Shown here piece by piece: positions 1 to 8,912 of a DNA stretch of 64,000 bases. Source of the DNA: Sphingosinicella sp. GTDB lineage: Bacteria > Pseudomonadota > Alphaproteobacteria > Sphingomonadales > Sphingomonadaceae. The position numbers and the translations under genes are program-made. The notes beneath the pieces were generated by a model. It saw only the letters and a program-made list of their open reading frames with translations. It made no database searches and had not been told where the DNA came from. Numbering within the stretch: the stretch's first letter is position 1; each line of letters starts with the position of its first letter. The DNA lies in contig JBQTJR010000020.1 in the NCBI GenBank assembly GCA_052386895.1, positions 17,481-81,480 on the forward strand. Reading direction: 5' to 3'.

Positions 1-1
1 A

Positions 2-964
2 CAGGCTGCCGATCTGGTCCAGGCGCAGCCGCGAGTTGGGGAAATGTCTCGCGAGAAGCTCGAGGCTGCCGCCCATCATCCGTCCTCCGAGCAACGGCAC
101 AAGGAGGCCGGCGAGGCCGCCGGCAAGGCCGGCCGCAGCGACGCCCCAACGCAGCGATAGACGCCCCATGAACTTGCTCCCCAGCCAGGCCCCGAGACCG
201 ACCGCGCCGCCGAGCAGCAGGCCCTCTGTGCCCCCGGTGATGTCGCCAGGTGACTGGCCGAACAGTAGGTTGAACGCATCGAGACCGAGCAGCTTCGCGA
301 ACATCCCGACAATGGCGCCGCCGGCGGCGCCTCCGGCGATGCTCCACGCCCCAAATCCGCCGGTGGCGAAATTCGCGGCCGCAATACCGAAGCTGACACC
401 CGCGGCTCCAATCAGGGCGGCTAGGATGGTGAGGCAGGTAAGCACGAGCAGCACCGAGGCCGCGCCGATGCCGGGCGCGAGCGGCTGGGCGGCGCCGGCC
501 AGGCCGTAGAACAGGCCGCCGATCAGGCCGGCGATGCCGCCGCCGATCACGCCTGCTCCTCCAAGCAGCAGAAAATTCTGCCACCGGGCCGGCTGTTGCG
601 GTGCGGTCCGGGCCATGGCCGGCACAGTGTCGGCCGCGGCAGCATCGACCGGTTCGACCGGAGCGATGAAGCGATAGCCATGTTTGGGCACCGTCTCGAT
701 GAAGCGCGGGCGGGCGACATCGTCGCCGAGCTGGCGGCGCAGCGTCTTGATGCACTGGGTCAGCGCCTCGTCGGTCACGGGCGCGCCGCGCCACACCTCC
801 TCGAGAAAGCGATCCTTCGTGATCAGCCTTCCCGCCTCTTCCACCAGCAGAATCAGCGCATCGAGATAGCGGGCGTTCAGCTCAACCGGCGTTCCGTCCC
901 GCCGCAGATGGCGATCGCCGGCATCGAGCGTGTAATCGGCGAAACGGAAGCGGCCGGATGGCAT
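2..964 (-). CDS. Membrane-integrated CadC/ToxR-like transcriptional regulator (N-terminal OmpR/PhoB-type winged helix plus multi-TM domain); 3' end runs off the window
   Basis: Not in the ORF track; hand-translated from ATG at 964: MPSGRFRFADYTLDAGDRHLRRDGTPVELNARYLDALILLVEEAGRLITKDRFLEEVWRGAPVTDEALTQCIKTLRRQLGDDVARPRFIETVPKHGYRF, then Gly/Ala-rich hydrophobic helices (FLLLGGAGVIGGGIAGLIGGLFYG...). Frame open to the window edge. Confidence 0.9.
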   Translation of the reverse strand, partial: MPSGRFRFADYTLDAGDRHLRRDGTPVELNARYLDALILLVEEAGRLITKDRFLEEVWRGAPVTDEALTQCIKTLRRQLGDDVARPRFIETVPKHGYRFIAPVEPVDAAAADTVPAMARTAPQQPARWQNFLLLGGAGVIGGGIAGLIGGLFYGLAGAAQPLAPGIGAASVLLVLTCLTILAALIGAAGVSFGIAAANFATGGFGAWSIAGGAAGGAIVGMFAKLLGLDAFNLLFGQSPGDITGGTEGLLLGGAVGLGAWLGSKFMGRLSLRWGVAAAGLAGGLAGLLVPLLGGRMMGGSLELLARHFPNSRLRLDQIGSL

Positions 965-966
965 TT

Positions 967-1001
967 TTCAGCAAGACCTCAGTCCTTGCTCATGCCGCTC
1001 A
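967..1001. promoter_or_regulatory. Phased direct repeats TTCA-N7-CTCA-N7-CTCA-N5-CTCA; putative operator of the adjacent winged-helix regulator
   Basis: Units start at 967, 978, 989 and 998 in the divergent intergenic gap. An 11-bp period is typical of OmpR/PhoB-type wHTH sites. Confidence 0.55.
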
Positions 1002-1051
1002 CGGGCTGCCTGTGCCAGTGAGAAACTCCATTCTTTCGAGCGAGGCAGGTA

Positions 1052-1603
1052 ATGAACGAGTTTGCAGACAAGCCTGGCATTCGGCGCGGCTTTCCCTGGC
1101 GGATCCTGGGCTGGGGCGCCGCCGCGGGGCTGATCCTGCTGCCCTTGGTGGCGATGCAGTTCACCGGCGAGGTGAACTGGACGGTCGGCGACTTCCTTGT
1201 CGCCATCCTCCTCATCGGCGGCGTCGGCCTCGCCTTCGAACTGGCCGTCAGGGTCACGCCCAACAACTGGTACCGGGGCGGTGTCGCGGCCGCGCTGGCC
1301 GGTGCACTGCTGCTGATCTGGGCCAACGGCGCCGTCGGCATGATCGGCTCGGAGGAAAACGCCTACAATCTGTGGTTCGGCAGCGTGCTCTTCGTTGCCC
1401 TGATCGGCGTTGTCATTGCCCGCTTCGAGCCTTCCGGAATGGCGCGCGCCATGGTTGCTGCCGCCATCATGCAGGGGACGGTCGCGGCGTTCGGCTTGCC
1501 GCTGGACCTCCGCGGCGGCATGCTGAGCATGGCCTTTGCCGGTCTATGGCTGCTCGCTGCCGCCTTGTTCTGGAAGGCGGCGCACAAACGGACTCCAGCA
1601 TAG
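1052..1603 (+). CDS. Hypothetical integral membrane protein (about 6 TM)
   Basis: 183 aa with repeated hydrophobic helices; GAGGCAGG RBS-like sequence upstream; divergent from the regulator. Confidence 0.85.
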   Translation: MNEFADKPGIRRGFPWRILGWGAAAGLILLPLVAMQFTGEVNWTVGDFLVAILLIGGVGLAFELAVRVTPNNWYRGGVAAALAGALLLIWANGAVGMIGSEENAYNLWFGSVLFVALIGVVIARFEPSGMARAMVAAAIMQGTVAAFGLPLDLRGGMLSMAFAGLWLLAAALFWKAAHKRTPA

Positions 1604-1633
1604 CGCCTGCCGGTCGCGGCCGATCGCCGGGGT

Positions 1634-2305
1634 TCATTCCACCCGGAAGGAAAGGACGGTGAGCCGAGCCCGGCCGGTGGCCGAAACGCCATGGCCGTAG
1701 CCGTCACCGCCGCCGAGTACGAAGCCAACCTGGTCGGCATTGGCGAGCGCGTCCTGGAAACCCCGCGGGTTGGTGCGCGCACTCGACGTTTCGACCGCGG
1801 TCCAATTGCCGTCGAGCGGTGCCACCATCAGGTGCTCACCCGGAGCGATCGGCGACTGCGTGGCGAAGGTCGCGTACCAGCGATAGGCTTCGTAGCGTCC
1901 GCGCGCCCGCCAGGTGTCGCCGGCGCGCTGGAAATAGAGCGTGATCAACGATGGCATCTGCGGCGCCGTCGTCGGGACGATCCGAGCGCCAGGCGCCGTC
2001 TCCACCCGGTAGCGCATGATGATGCGTCGCTTACCGGCCAGCGAACCATGGCGAAAGGTGACGTAATGCGCGCTGCCCGGCGCCCGCGGAATATCGAGAT
2101 AGAAGCCGCCGCGCGGATGCGGCGAGGGCTGCAGCGGCATGCCCACCGAGTAGTTCCGGCCATCGATGATCGGCCCGATCGTCCAGGCGCGCGCATCCGC
2201 AATGGCCGGCACAGGTGCCCCGCGCTGCGCCTCGACTCCACCCGAAGCCAGCGCCGCCAGCAGGGCCAAGCCACTGAAAAGTGTCGAGCGAATCATAAGC
2301 TCCAT
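1634..2305 (-). CDS. Hypothetical secreted protein
   Basis: Signal-peptide-like N-terminus (MIRSTLFSGLALLAALASGGVEA-Q) followed by an aromatic/Gly-rich beta-type region. Alternative start at 2296. Confidence 0.8.
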   Translation of the reverse strand: MELMIRSTLFSGLALLAALASGGVEAQRGAPVPAIADARAWTIGPIIDGRNYSVGMPLQPSPHPRGGFYLDIPRAPGSAHYVTFRHGSLAGKRRIIMRYRVETAPGARIVPTTAPQMPSLITLYFQRAGDTWRARGRYEAYRWYATFATQSPIAPGEHLMVAPLDGNWTAVETSSARTNPRGFQDALANADQVGFVLGGGDGYGHGVSATGRARLTVLSFRVE

Positions 2306-2432
2306 TTAATCGAATCGCGTCCTGCAATTTGCTGAACAACCGGCGTGCCCCCGGTTCAGGAAAGTTAATTCACAGCTAAAACGTCTCCCAATGAGCTTGT
2401 CCCGCGCACCGACACACCCCATCTTCAAGCCC

Positions 2433-2804
2433 ATGGCAAAGGCAATCCTTTCCATTGTGGCGGCCACGCTCGCAGTTGCGCCGCTCGCCGTGCAACCGAC
2501 CCCAGACGACGGCTTTGCCTCGCTGTGGACCGGCTGGTCCAATGTCAGCCAGGAATCGCTCGCCAAGGAGAGCCAGGGCCTGACCGCGGTGCAACAGGAT
2601 TTTGCGGCGGCCAATGCCCGGAGGATGGCGCAGCTACGCAGCCAGGGACGCGCGCTCGGCGAACGGGTCGGCCGCATCGTCCGCGAAGGCGATTGCGACG
2701 ATGGCGAACGGGTTGCGCGCGAGGCCGGCGATTTCGCGCTGGTCCAGGCAGTCCGCCAATATTGCCGACAGCGTCAGCCTGAATCGGCGGCCAGTTCGCG
2801 CTAA
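2433..2804 (+). CDS. Small secreted hypothetical protein
   Basis: MAKAILSIVAATLAVAPLA signal peptide; helical C-terminus with a Cys pair (GDC...YC). Confidence 0.7.
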   Translation: MAKAILSIVAATLAVAPLAVQPTPDDGFASLWTGWSNVSQESLAKESQGLTAVQQDFAAANARRMAQLRSQGRALGERVGRIVREGDCDDGERVAREAGDFALVQAVRQYCRQRQPESAASSR

Positions 2805-2806
2805 GC

Positions 2807-4057
2807 CTAACCTGGCATCCGTTCGAGGAAGCCACCCGCCCACAACGTTTTGATCAGATCGAGCGCTTCGTCGCTGGCCAGCTCTGCTGCGGTAAACGAT
2901 TCGCCCGACATGATGATGTCGAGCGCGTCGCCGTCCTCGGGCTTGAGGTCGAGGTCGCCGCCGGGCCCGATCAGCACCAGCCGGCCCTCATCCTCTGCGA
3001 CGTTCCACGGCACATAGCGGCGGCGGCGGAAGCGGTCGCCGGGCTGGATTTGGTGCGCACTCCCGATCACGCCCGCTACATTGGGTTTGCGGCCGCGCAG
3101 GAAATTATCGGCTAGGAGGTCGAACGCGCTGTCCATGCTCGCTCTGTCGCCGATCAGCCGGGTCAGGCGGTTGAAATGGGTCCGGGCCTTCTCGCGGTCA
3201 TATTCGCGCTGCGAAAAGCCGGGCGGCAGCGAGCGGCGGAAATCGGGCTCGCTCAGAGCTAGCTCCGAAATCGATTCGAGCAGCAGGTCCGCCCACGTCT
3301 TGGTGATCAGGCCGACGGTTATGTGCAGCGAAGGGGCTTCGCCGACATTCTCGGCATCGTGCATCAGACCGCGCGGAATGTAGACGCAGTCGCCGGCGGC
3401 GAGCGTGAAGGTACGGCTAACCTCGCCTGGCTGGTGGCGGCCGGCCTGGAATTCCTCGCCGCGAAAGGGGATTTTGATCGGTGTGTCATAGAAGCGCCAG
3501 GCCTTGGCGCCGGACAGCTGCATCACGAACACGTCGTGGTTGTCATAATGGGGCGGGAAGCCCTGGTTGCTCGTTCCGTCGGAACTAATTTGGGGCGTCA
3601 GGTAGATGTTGGTTTGGACGTGGCAGGAAAACACTTCCTCCAGCGAACGGCAGAACTCGCCCAAGTTGAACAGCGATTCGTGGAGGTGCGGCAGGATGAT
3701 GGTAGCGCCGCGCATGTAGAGCTCGGCGACCGACACCGGGTTCACCTTGCCGTTACTGTCGACGTAGGAGTCGCGGGCAATCCGTTCCTTCTGGCTGGTC
3801 AGGTCGATCATGCCCTCGCGCAAGTCGGCGCTGGCAATGAATTGGTCGAGAGTCTCGAGCGTCAGCAGGTCGGCATAGCGCTCGGTCTCGCCGCGGATGT
3901 TGATCAGCGGTTCGTGCTCGTAATGATTCTTGAGAAAGGCCGCGGGCGTTACCGGGGAGATCAGGAAGCCGAGCGCGTCCTGCTCCCAGCGCGGCGACGG
4001 CACAACCCCGGCTTCGACCGCGCGCAACTTCGACTTTCGCTTGACCGCGTTCCCCAT
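2807..4057 (-). CDS. JmjC / Cupin_4 Fe(II)-2-oxoglutarate oxygenase (ROX family, NO66/MINA/YcfD-like)
   Basis: HxD...H facial triad: GFPPHYDNHDVFVMQLSGAKAW and YIPRGLMHDA...SLHITVG. Start ATG 4057 follows a GGGAG RBS. Confidence 0.88.
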   Translation of the reverse strand: MGNAVKRKSKLRAVEAGVVPSPRWEQDALGFLISPVTPAAFLKNHYEHEPLINIRGETERYADLLTLETLDQFIASADLREGMIDLTSQKERIARDSYVDSNGKVNPVSVAELYMRGATIILPHLHESLFNLGEFCRSLEEVFSCHVQTNIYLTPQISSDGTSNQGFPPHYDNHDVFVMQLSGAKAWRFYDTPIKIPFRGEEFQAGRHQPGEVSRTFTLAAGDCVYIPRGLMHDAENVGEAPSLHITVGLITKTWADLLLESISELALSEPDFRRSLPPGFSQREYDREKARTHFNRLTRLIGDRASMDSAFDLLADNFLRGRKPNVAGVIGSAHQIQPGDRFRRRRYVPWNVAEDEGRLVLIGPGGDLDLKPEDGDALDIIMSGESFTAAELASDEALDLIKTLWAGGFLERMPG

Positions 4058-4140
4058 TCCGCACTCCCTGTTCAAAAAAGAGTGTATCGGCGGGCGCGCC
4101 GTGCCGGAAGGGTCAAAGCGCCAAGACACCGATGCAGGGA

Positions 4141-5310
4141 CTACCAGCCGGTCGCCTTGTCCCATTCGTCGGCGATGTCGCGGCCAGCGTCGACGACGAG
4201 CAAGCGATCGTAGGCGCCGGCGGTCATGCATACATGGTTCGGCAGGATCCGCACCCTGGCGCCGATCGGCAGCCGGTCGAAGGGAAGGGGTGCATTTTCG
4301 CTACCGTCGATCTCGCCATGCTCCTGGTGCACCGAGCCGACGATAAGTCGGCCGAACGACGTGCGGCCATCGAGATCGCAGACCAGGCCGTAGCCGGCAT
4401 CGCCGCCGTCGAGTGCCGCTGTCGAGCGGTCCTTCGACAACGCCAGCCCGCCGGCATCGATGACGATGCGGTTTTGCTCGGGCTGCTGGCTGATCACGCT
4501 CGCCAGCACCGAGACGGCGATATTGGTCTCTTCCAGCGAACCGATCGCCGCCTGAAACAGGTCGCCGGCCATGTAGACGCCGGGCCGCCACTCGCTGAGG
4601 TCCTCGGCCGATCGGGCATGGCTCGCGGTCGGGGTTGAGCCGGCGCTGACGCCAGCAACGTCGACGCCGGCGCCGCGAAGCCGCTCAGCGGCGGCGACAA
4701 CGGCCGCGCGCTCCTGCTCAGCGATCGCGGCGATCGTCTCCCTGTCCCGGCCACCGTAGCTGTGACCGCCATGGGTGGCGACGCCCTCGAGCAATACCGG
4801 CGAAGCGGCAAGGGTGCGGGCGATTTCGACGAGCCGCTCGTCCGCCGGGTCGAGCCCGGTGCGATGCTCGCCACTGTCGATCTCGATCCACGCCCGCAGC
4901 GGCAACGCGTTGGCGTTGGCGAAATCCGCGACAGCTTTTGCCGTCTCGAGGCTGTCGAGGAAGAAACTGAATCGCGGCACCGACTGCGCCAGCGCCGCCG
5001 CCCGTTCGAGCTTGGCTGGCGCCAGGCACACGGCGTATTGGATGTCACCGAATCCTTTAGCTGTAAAATACTCAGCTTCGGAGAACGTCGAGACTGCGAT
5101 TCCTCCGTGACCGGGATCGACCGCGAGTCGCGCTGCATCGGCCGATTTCAGCGTCTTCATATGGGGCCGCAGCCGCACGCCGAGCGCGCGAGCCCGTGCT
5201 AGCATCCGCGCGCAATTATGGCGCAGGCGCGTGCGGTCCAGGATCAGGGCCGGGGTGAAGGCGTTGGCGAGATTCACCGGTTGGTCAGTCTCAGGCGTCG
5301 GCCTTCGCAT
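4141..5310 (-). CDS. DSD1 / D-threonine aldolase-like fold-III PLP enzyme (D-serine or 3-hydroxyaspartate dehydratase-like)
   Basis: TPALILD, RPHMKT (PLP Lys), EIDSGEHRTG, RPGVY, HQEHG, PNHVCMT (metal ligands). Start 5310 or GTG 5277. Confidence 0.88.
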   Translation of the reverse strand: MRRPTPETDQPVNLANAFTPALILDRTRLRHNCARMLARARALGVRLRPHMKTLKSADAARLAVDPGHGGIAVSTFSEAEYFTAKGFGDIQYAVCLAPAKLERAAALAQSVPRFSFFLDSLETAKAVADFANANALPLRAWIEIDSGEHRTGLDPADERLVEIARTLAASPVLLEGVATHGGHSYGGRDRETIAAIAEQERAAVVAAAERLRGAGVDVAGVSAGSTPTASHARSAEDLSEWRPGVYMAGDLFQAAIGSLEETNIAVSVLASVISQQPEQNRIVIDAGGLALSKDRSTAALDGGDAGYGLVCDLDGRTSFGRLIVGSVHQEHGEIDGSENAPLPFDRLPIGARVRILPNHVCMTAGAYDRLLVVDAGRDIADEWDKATGW

Positions 5311-6352
5311 TGTTGGGGATGACCCCTCGGCGGATCTGGTCGAGCTCGATCGATTCGAACAGCGCCTTGAAATTGCCCTCGCCGAATCCCTCGTTGCCCT
5401 TGCGCTGGATGATCTCGAAGAAGATTGGGCCAACCATGTTCTGGGTGAAGATCTGCAGCAGCAGGCCGTCTCCGGTCTCGGGGGAACCGTCGATCAGGAT
5501 GCGGCGCTGGCGCATCGCCGCGACATTGTGGCCGTGGCCGGGCACGCGCTTGTCGAGCATTTCGTAATAGGTGTCCGGCGTGTCCTGGAAGAGAATGCCG
5601 TTGGCGCGTAGCTTGTCGACCGTGGTGAAGATGTCGTCGGTGGCGAAGGCAAGGTGCTGGATGCCTTCGCCTTTATATTCCTTCAGATATTCCGCGATCT
5701 GGCTGTAATCGTCCTGGCTCTCGTTCAAGGGAATGCGGATCTTGTCGTCGGGCGCGGTCATCGCCCGTGAGAGCAGGCCGGTCTGCTTACCCGCGATGTC
5801 GAAATAGCGAATCTCGCGGAAATTGAAGACGCGTTCATAGAACTGCGCCCAATGATCCATGCGGCCGCGCTGCAGATTGTGGGTGAGGTGATCGAGCGTG
5901 TGCAGGCCGACCGATTTTGAATCCTTTGTGACACCAGGCACAGGCTCGAAGTCCAACCCGTAGAGCCGCTCACGACCGGCCTTATCGACAAGGTAGAGAT
6001 AGGATCCGCCAATGCCCTCGAGCGCCGGCAGATCGAGCTCGCCGGCCGTCGCGATCGCACCGCGCTCGACCGCGAGCTTCAGGGCTTTCCCGGCATCGGC
6101 TACCCGGAACGCCATCGCGCTGGCCGAGGGGCCATGGGCACGTCGGAACTCGTGGGCATGGCCGCTCGGCTCCATGTTGAGCAGGAAATTGACATCCCCC
6201 TGCGAATAATGGCGGATCGCCTTCTGACGGTGGGTGCCGACATGGGTGAAGCCGAGCTTTGAGAACAGGTCGCCCATCTCGTCGGGATCGGGGCTGGTGA
6301 ACTCGACGAACTCGAAGCCGTCGAGGCCCATGTCGTTGCTGCGGGCGCTCAT
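5291..6352 (-). CDS. hppD: 4-hydroxyphenylpyruvate dioxygenase
   Basis: MGLDGFEFVEF, DHLTHN, GEGIQHLAF, FFEIIQRKGNEGFGEGNFKALFESIELDQIRRG. Confidence 0.97.
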   Translation of the reverse strand: MSARSNDMGLDGFEFVEFTSPDPDEMGDLFSKLGFTHVGTHRQKAIRHYSQGDVNFLLNMEPSGHAHEFRRAHGPSASAMAFRVADAGKALKLAVERGAIATAGELDLPALEGIGGSYLYLVDKAGRERLYGLDFEPVPGVTKDSKSVGLHTLDHLTHNLQRGRMDHWAQFYERVFNFREIRYFDIAGKQTGLLSRAMTAPDDKIRIPLNESQDDYSQIAEYLKEYKGEGIQHLAFATDDIFTTVDKLRANGILFQDTPDTYYEMLDKRVPGHGHNVAAMRQRRILIDGSPETGDGLLLQIFTQNMVGPIFFEIIQRKGNEGFGEGNFKALFESIELDQIRRGVIPNNAKADA

Positions 6353-6481
6353 TCTCGTTCCTCTCGCCTGCCTTGAAATCGCTTCGCCCCTTATCAGGGT
6401 GCAGGTCCAGCGGCAAAGCGGTTGAACCCGCACCGGCGGCACCCTAGGTCCCGATTCCTCCCTTCGATCGACCGAGGATTC

Positions 6482-7462
6482 ATGGCCGCCACCCATTCCA
6501 CCCGCATGCTCATCCTGGGATCGGGGCCGGCCGGACTCACCGCCGCGATCTACGGCGCCCGCGGCGGGCTGGCGCCGATCGTCGTCCAAGGCATGCAGCC
6601 CGGCGGCCAGATGACAATCACCACCGATGTCGAGAATTATCCCGGATTCGCCGACGTCATCCAGGGCCCCTGGCTGATGGAGCAGATGCAGAAGCAGGCC
6701 GAGCATGTCGGCGCGCGGATGGAATGGGACACGATTGTCGAGATCGACCTGTCGCAGCGGCCATTCCGCGTGTTGGGCGACAGCGGCGCCGTCTATCTCG
6801 GCGACGTGCTGGTGATCGCCACCGGCGCGCAGGCGAAATGGCTTGGATTGCCCTCAGAGGAGCGGCTGAAAGGGAAGGGCGTCTCGGCTTGCGCGACCTG
6901 TGACGGCTTCTTTTATCGCGGCAAGAAGGTGATCGTGATCGGCGGCGGCAACACCGCCGTCGAGGAGGCCCTGTACATGACCAACCACAGCCACGACGTC
7001 ACTCTGATTCACCGCCGCGATGCGCTGCGCGCCGAGAAAATCCTGCAACAGCGGCTGTTCGCCCACCCCAACATCAAAGTGATGTGGAACCGCGAGGTCG
7101 CCGAGTTCATTGCCGGCGGCGAGCCGGAAGGGCTGGTTGCGGTCGATCTGCGCGATACCAAGAGCGGCGAGATCGAGCGGATCGACGCCGAGGGCGCGTT
7201 CGTGGCGATCGGCCACACCCCCGCAACCGAATTGTTCCGCGACAAGCTATCGCTCGACGCTGACGGCTATGTCCCGGTTACGCCGGGCACCAGCAAGACC
7301 GTGATTCCCGGCGTATTCGCCTGCGGCGACGTTATGGACAAGATTTACCGCCAGGCGGTCACCGCCGCCGGCACCGGCTGCATTGCCGCGCTCGACGCCG
7401 AAAAATTTCTCGCCGAAAGCGATTTCGAGGCGGCGCCCGCCAAAAGGCTTCAGGAGGCTTGA
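6482..7462 (+). CDS. trxB: Thioredoxin-disulfide reductase
   Basis: GSGPAG, CATCDG redox motif, GGGNTAVEEA, YRQAVTAAGTGC. Confidence 0.97.
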   Translation: MAATHSTRMLILGSGPAGLTAAIYGARGGLAPIVVQGMQPGGQMTITTDVENYPGFADVIQGPWLMEQMQKQAEHVGARMEWDTIVEIDLSQRPFRVLGDSGAVYLGDVLVIATGAQAKWLGLPSEERLKGKGVSACATCDGFFYRGKKVIVIGGGNTAVEEALYMTNHSHDVTLIHRRDALRAEKILQQRLFAHPNIKVMWNREVAEFIAGGEPEGLVAVDLRDTKSGEIERIDAEGAFVAIGHTPATELFRDKLSLDADGYVPVTPGTSKTVIPGVFACGDVMDKIYRQAVTAAGTGCIAALDAEKFLAESDFEAAPAKRLQEA

Positions 7463-8253
7463 CCGCCAAGCCGGCGGATGGCTTCCAAGACGGCTTCAGC
7501 AAGATGAAGATCGTCGCCCTCGCGGGCAAAAGTATGGGAATCGCTGTCGATCCGCTGAGCCTGCCGGCGCAATCCATTCAGCCCGAGTCCCTTTAATTCC
7601 CGGTCGGCGGCGATGGCGGTGGCATCGCCGGTGGCGAGGATCAGCTGGACGGGAAGGCGGTGCCGTTGCATTGCCTGCGCGAAATTCTGGGCGAGCGGGG
7701 ATGGGCGATGACGTCGAAAGACCTTACTAACGCCTCGCAATAGTTTCCCGTAAGCCACTCCTCCTGAAAACAATTTCTTCCAGCCTTCGCGACTGAGCAG
7801 GCGCCGGCGGTAATGCTCGCGTACCGCCGCCGGTGGCGGTTCGCCGCTCTCTGCCTCGACCAGCCAGGGATTAACCAGGATCAGGCCATCGAGCTCGGCC
7901 TGGTCGCCATAGAGCGCCAAGGCGGTCGCGCCGTCACATAGTCCAAAGCCGATGAGCTGTCGGATGCTTGCACAATGATGACGCATCGCCGCGGCAGCGC
8001 AATTGATGTCGGGCCGGCTGCCGCGAAAACCTGGGTCCTCGCCTTCGCTGTCGCCTACGCCGCGCCGGTCGAAGCGCAGGCACGGAATACCACGCGTCGC
8101 CAGCCCGGCGGCAAGCCGCTCGTACATCCGATGCGACCCGATCCGCGTCTGGGTGCCACCGGTCACCAACAACAATCCGGTCTCGCCGTCGGCCCGATCA
8201 AGCGAGGCGGCGAGGGCGGCGCCTTCGCAATCGAAGGTCAGGAGCTCGCGCAT
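7450..8253 (-). CDS. Hydrolase 1, exosortase A system-associated (alpha/beta hydrolase fold)
   Basis: GGTQTRIGSHR, FDRRGVGDSEG, GLCDGA nucleophile elbow, DSHTF; locus context. Confidence 0.9.
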   Translation of the reverse strand: MRELLTFDCEGAALAASLDRADGETGLLLVTGGTQTRIGSHRMYERLAAGLATRGIPCLRFDRRGVGDSEGEDPGFRGSRPDINCAAAAMRHHCASIRQLIGFGLCDGATALALYGDQAELDGLILVNPWLVEAESGEPPPAAVREHYRRRLLSREGWKKLFSGGVAYGKLLRGVSKVFRRHRPSPLAQNFAQAMQRHRLPVQLILATGDATAIAADRELKGLGLNGLRRQAQRIDSDSHTFAREGDDLHLAEAVLEAIRRLGGQAS

Positions 8254-8912
8254 GTGGCGTGCCACTGGCTGACATCCTCGGCGATGGCCCGGGCGAGGAC
8301 GATCGAGCCGCCCGGTTCCGAACGGCGCCACAAGGCCGGTCCATCGAGCTTGGTGTCCGCAGGCCGGTTGTCGCTCGCCAGGCGGACGACGCGCAGCGGC
8401 GATAGGTCGTAGGGCTCGGCATCCTCAAGTCGGCCGCGCAGATCGGCCGCCGGGGCGTAGCCGGCCCAGGCCACGCCGGCGAGGCCGGAACGCGCCATGT
8501 CCCGCGCCAGCGAGCGGCCCGGAATCGGCGCCAGACGCCACCAGCCGCGGCCGGCGGCGGCGTCGTCGATCAGGCAGGCGCCGCGGATCGACACGATCAA
8601 GGGAGCCATCCCGGCCGCGGCCTGGACATGCTCCGAGGCCGCGTTGACGTCATGCCGCCAATCGCCCCAGCGCGCCTCCTCGAGCGGCACGACGCTTTCG
8701 CCGGTGCCCTTGAGGTCGGGCAGCCAACATCCAAGGCCGCGTTCCGCCAGCCGCCGCATCGTCGCGGTAATCAGCGCCCGCATCCGGTTCATCTCTTCGA
8801 ACAGGGGCGGCACGAACAGGATCGGCGGCGCTCCCTCGGGGCCGATCCGCATTATCCACTCGTCGCGTTTGTCGCTGCGATAGGTCAGGAAAGCGAGGCT
8901 CGCCTCGCTCAC
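8238..8912 (-). CDS. Hydrolase 2-like protein, exosortase A system-associated
   Basis: PPLFEEMNRMR, PDLKGTGES, SIRGA. GTG start overlaps the ACP stop (GTGA). Confidence 0.85.
   Translation of the reverse strand: MSEASLAFLTYRSDKRDEWIMRIGPEGAPPILFVPPLFEEMNRMRALITATMRRLAERGLGCWLPDLKGTGESVVPLEEARWGDWRHDVNAASEHVQAAAGMAPLIVSIRGACLIDDAAAGRGWWRLAPIPGRSLARDMARSGLAGVAWAGYAPAADLRGRLEDAEPYDLSPLRVVRLASDNRPADTKLDGPALWRRSEPGGSIVLARAIAEDVSQWHATCASS

Noticed and set aside
36-1021. Plus-strand ORFs 36-509 and 596-1021
   Set aside because: Shadows of the minus-strand winged-helix regulator, which the ORF track missed because it has no stop in the window.
2433-4057. Small protein as a RiPP precursor for the JmjC enzyme
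   Set aside because: Convergent orientation, Sec-type signal peptide, and no peptidase or transporter nearby.
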